Shown: piece by piece, positions 46,191 through 47,865 of the stretch
Numbering within the stretch: position 1 is the first letter of the stretch
How the letters are laid out: each line of letters opens with the position of its first letter
Assembly (NCBI GenBank): GCA_964422885.1
Contig: CAYRDV010000002.1
Location: forward strand, 1-47,865
DNA: 47,865 nucleotides
Origin: an uncultured Candidatus Sericytochromatia bacterium
GTDB lineage: Bacteria > Cyanobacteriota > Sericytochromatia > UBA7694 > JACMQJ01
Direction: 5' to 3'
The notes under the pieces: generated by a model
Databases searched by the model: none
The model's input: only the letters and a program-made list of their open reading frames with translations
Told to the model about the DNA's origin: nothing
Program-made: the position numbers and the translations under genes

Positions 46191-47654
46191 TTATTGTACA
46201 TACCGGTTTAAAGTTAATGGTAATCCCTTGTATTGAAGGAGTGTTTTATCACCTGCATCAAGCAAAGTTAAGGATAACTGATTTCCATTTAATACTTTCA
46301 GATTTGCTTTGAGAAATTCTTTATTATATGTACTATTTACCTCAAGTGATTCAACTTTTTCAGGATATGGACCGGTTCCGACATAATTGTCTCCACCGAC
46401 TGTAGTATGAAGTGAAAATGTGTTATTTCCTGCATTTCTGAATTCAAGGAGTATTCTTTTACCAAAACCGTTATAAATCCAGTAACCGATAAAATTATTT
46501 ACTGCCGTGATTTTCTGGACATTTACCTCACTGGGATTTTGATTTTTTTCAATTATCGGTTCATCTTTTTCAAGTGAGATACTTATGATAGTAGATTTCC
46601 CATCCTGATTTAAGGTAAGTTTTGGAATTCCGTCTGTAGTATTTTCCATTACAACATATGGTTTTGTTGTATCAAGGCTACCATCAGCTTTTGCTACACC
46701 AGTAACAACAGAGATTATTTCACCTTTTTCATTTTTATTTATTTGGGCTCTTAATGTTTCACCTGCCAAAGTATCAAAATATGGAACAATTACAGAGGAT
46801 TTTGGGTTGGTCAGATTGAAACTCATGATAAAATTTTTGAATTCATCGGCTGTAAAATCTACAGTAAATTGTCCACTGGAATTTTGGGTAACTTTTGGAT
46901 CTTTTTGCTCATTATTATCATTTTCAAATGGATCATGATTATCAAATTCTGATGGATCATGTTTATTAGTATCTGGTTTATCATCATCATTATTATTTTC
47001 TGGTTGCTTAATTGTGTGACACTCTTCAATATAATTTATCTTCTGAATTACGGAGCTATAGTTAGCGAATATTTTTCGAAATTCATATTCCGCACTGCTA
47101 ACATTATTCTTCTCAGCATGATTTTCAAGTGCATCAAGATCATTTATTGAATTATATATAATACTACCAATGCTTGAAACTGAACCACTTGAACAAAATA
47201 ATGCAGATTTATATTTTTCTTTCAGCGCCTGGTCCTGAGTATTATTTAGCTTAACTTCTATCTCTTTCTGAGTTTTTATTGACTTCTCCAAAGCCAACTT
47301 CATTTCTGAAACAATTTTTTTACTTTTATTAAACATCTGCTCAGGAGTAAGGCTTTGTTCTGTAGAATTTGCTTTTATCTTAAATGAAGTTCTGGACATG
47401 CCTATGTTTGATACTTTAAGCAGCTTTCCATTTATTTCAATTGATTCCAGATCCTCAATCGAAATAGGGTTCTCAACGCCATTTATCTTTTGCGTAATAA
47501 ACATTGTCCTCTGATTTATTTTTTTATTCTGGGTTGAAGAATTACTTTGGCTCTTTGTTATATCAGCAAGTGTTGACCAGTTAGTTGGCCCATTACATGA
47601 TACAGTCAAAAGCATTGATAAGGTTAACGCTGTTGTTATTATTTTGTTTTTCAT
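46191..47654 (-). CDS. Lipoprotein, long member of the paralog family
   Basis: 487 aa. MKNKIITTALTLSMLLTVSCNG. N-terminal VENPISIEDLESIEINGK. Acidic low-complexity centre. C-terminal domain homologous to 13909..15120 (..GYW..F.. LTL.D.. QY.G.P..L.R). Confidence 0.75.
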   Translation of the reverse strand: MKNKIITTALTLSMLLTVSCNGPTNWSTLADITKSQSNSSTQNKKINQRTMFITQKINGVENPISIEDLESIEINGKLLKVSNIGMSRTSFKIKANSTEQSLTPEQMFNKSKKIVSEMKLALEKSIKTQKEIEVKLNNTQDQALKEKYKSALFCSSGSVSSIGSIIYNSINDLDALENHAEKNNVSSAEYEFRKIFANYSSVIQKINYIEECHTIKQPENNNDDDKPDTNKHDPSEFDNHDPFENDNNEQKDPKVTQNSSGQFTVDFTADEFKNFIMSFNLTNPKSSVIVPYFDTLAGETLRAQINKNEKGEIISVVTGVAKADGSLDTTKPYVVMENTTDGIPKLTLNQDGKSTIISISLEKDEPIIEKNQNPSEVNVQKITAVNNFIGYWIYNGFGKRILLEFRNAGNNTFSLHTTVGGDNYVGTGPYPEKVESLEVNSTYNKEFLKANLKVLNGNQLSLTLLDAGDKTLLQYKGLPLTLNRYVQ

Positions 47655-47677
47655 TTTTTTCCTTTTTTTAAAATATA

Positions 47678-47814
47678 GAACACGGATTTAACGGATCAGA
47701 CGGATGATTACGGATAAAATAATCTAACTATAGTATTTTTATATTTGATAGCGTAATCTAAAGCTATATATTTTCTTCAAGCCCCCTCTCTTGCTATGAC
47801 TGTAAGAGATGAGG
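47678..47814 (+). repeat. Composite dispersed element: ACGGAT array, copy c (spacing 9-9-10), plus conserved tail and imperfect CT hairpin
   Basis: gaacacggatttaacggatcagacggatgattacggat, with hexamers at 47682, 47691, 47700 and 47710. It lies 23 nt upstream of ATG 47654. The tail 47729-47814 matches 44630-44723. Confidence 0.85.
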
Positions 47815-47865
47815 ATTTAGCGATTGTCTTAAAAGTCAACAGTTAAAATCAAAAAATAAAAAATA

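Noticed and set aside
42860-47865. Calling the right-hand block an integron or a mobile element
   Set aside because: Despite the repeat-gene-repeat layout, no integrase, transposase or recombinase ORF is visible in the window. I found no terminal inverted repeats or target-site duplications bounding the block. It is reported as an observation only.

Overview
AT-rich bacterial chromosomal window. The lineage cannot be assigned without a database search. I saw no rRNA, CRISPR array, transposase or integrase. It holds about 40 protein genes and one tRNA(CAT).

**1-11986, all minus strand.** A block of predicted lipoproteins and secreted proteins:
- an S8 peptidase truncated by the window edge
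- an NHL-repeat propeller, followed by a decayed duplicate of its 3' end
- an unknown lipoprotein
- two paralogous ~900-aa lipoproteins with Ig-like (Big2, IPT/TIG) domains and a C-terminal FGE-sulfatase fold that lacks the catalytic Cys pair
- a low-complexity lipoprotein

**12000-26800.** Housekeeping genes: ferredoxin, tRNA, tilS, ArsA/Get3-type ATPase, LL-DAP-type aminotransferase, MBL hydrolase, nanE and a gamma-CA-like LbH protein. These are interleaved with unknowns, including a protein with two MshEN-like modules plus a CheX-like domain, a putative papain-fold peptidase and a glycine-zipper protein.

**26820-33283.** A SAM methyltransferase is translationally coupled to an 1880-aa ORF made of four concatenated GT2+TPR modules. 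The GT2 domains carry in-frame structured palindromic repeat elements. Two modules share a 201-bp perfectly identical tract.

**33463-42857.** An S8 peptidase, a type IV pilin-like protein, an arcA / amidinotransferase-fold (CtlX-like) / isochorismatase-family operon, a (S/T)xEDLLNSIPP-repeat protein and a P1B-type ATPase.

**42860-47865.** An AAA-ATPase/PD-(D/E)XK gene, hicAB and paralogous lipoprotein genes. This block is partitioned by same-orientation copies of a dispersed element carrying four ACGGAT hexamers at fixed 9-9-10 bp spacing.

**Most unusual.**
1. The four-module glycosyltransferase with repeat elements embedded in frame.
2. The phased ACGGAT element, cassette-like block and variable lipoprotein family.
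3. The catalytically dead FGE-fold lipoprotein cluster.

All functional calls come from motif recognition by eye. Hand-counted element coordinates may be off by 1-2 nt.
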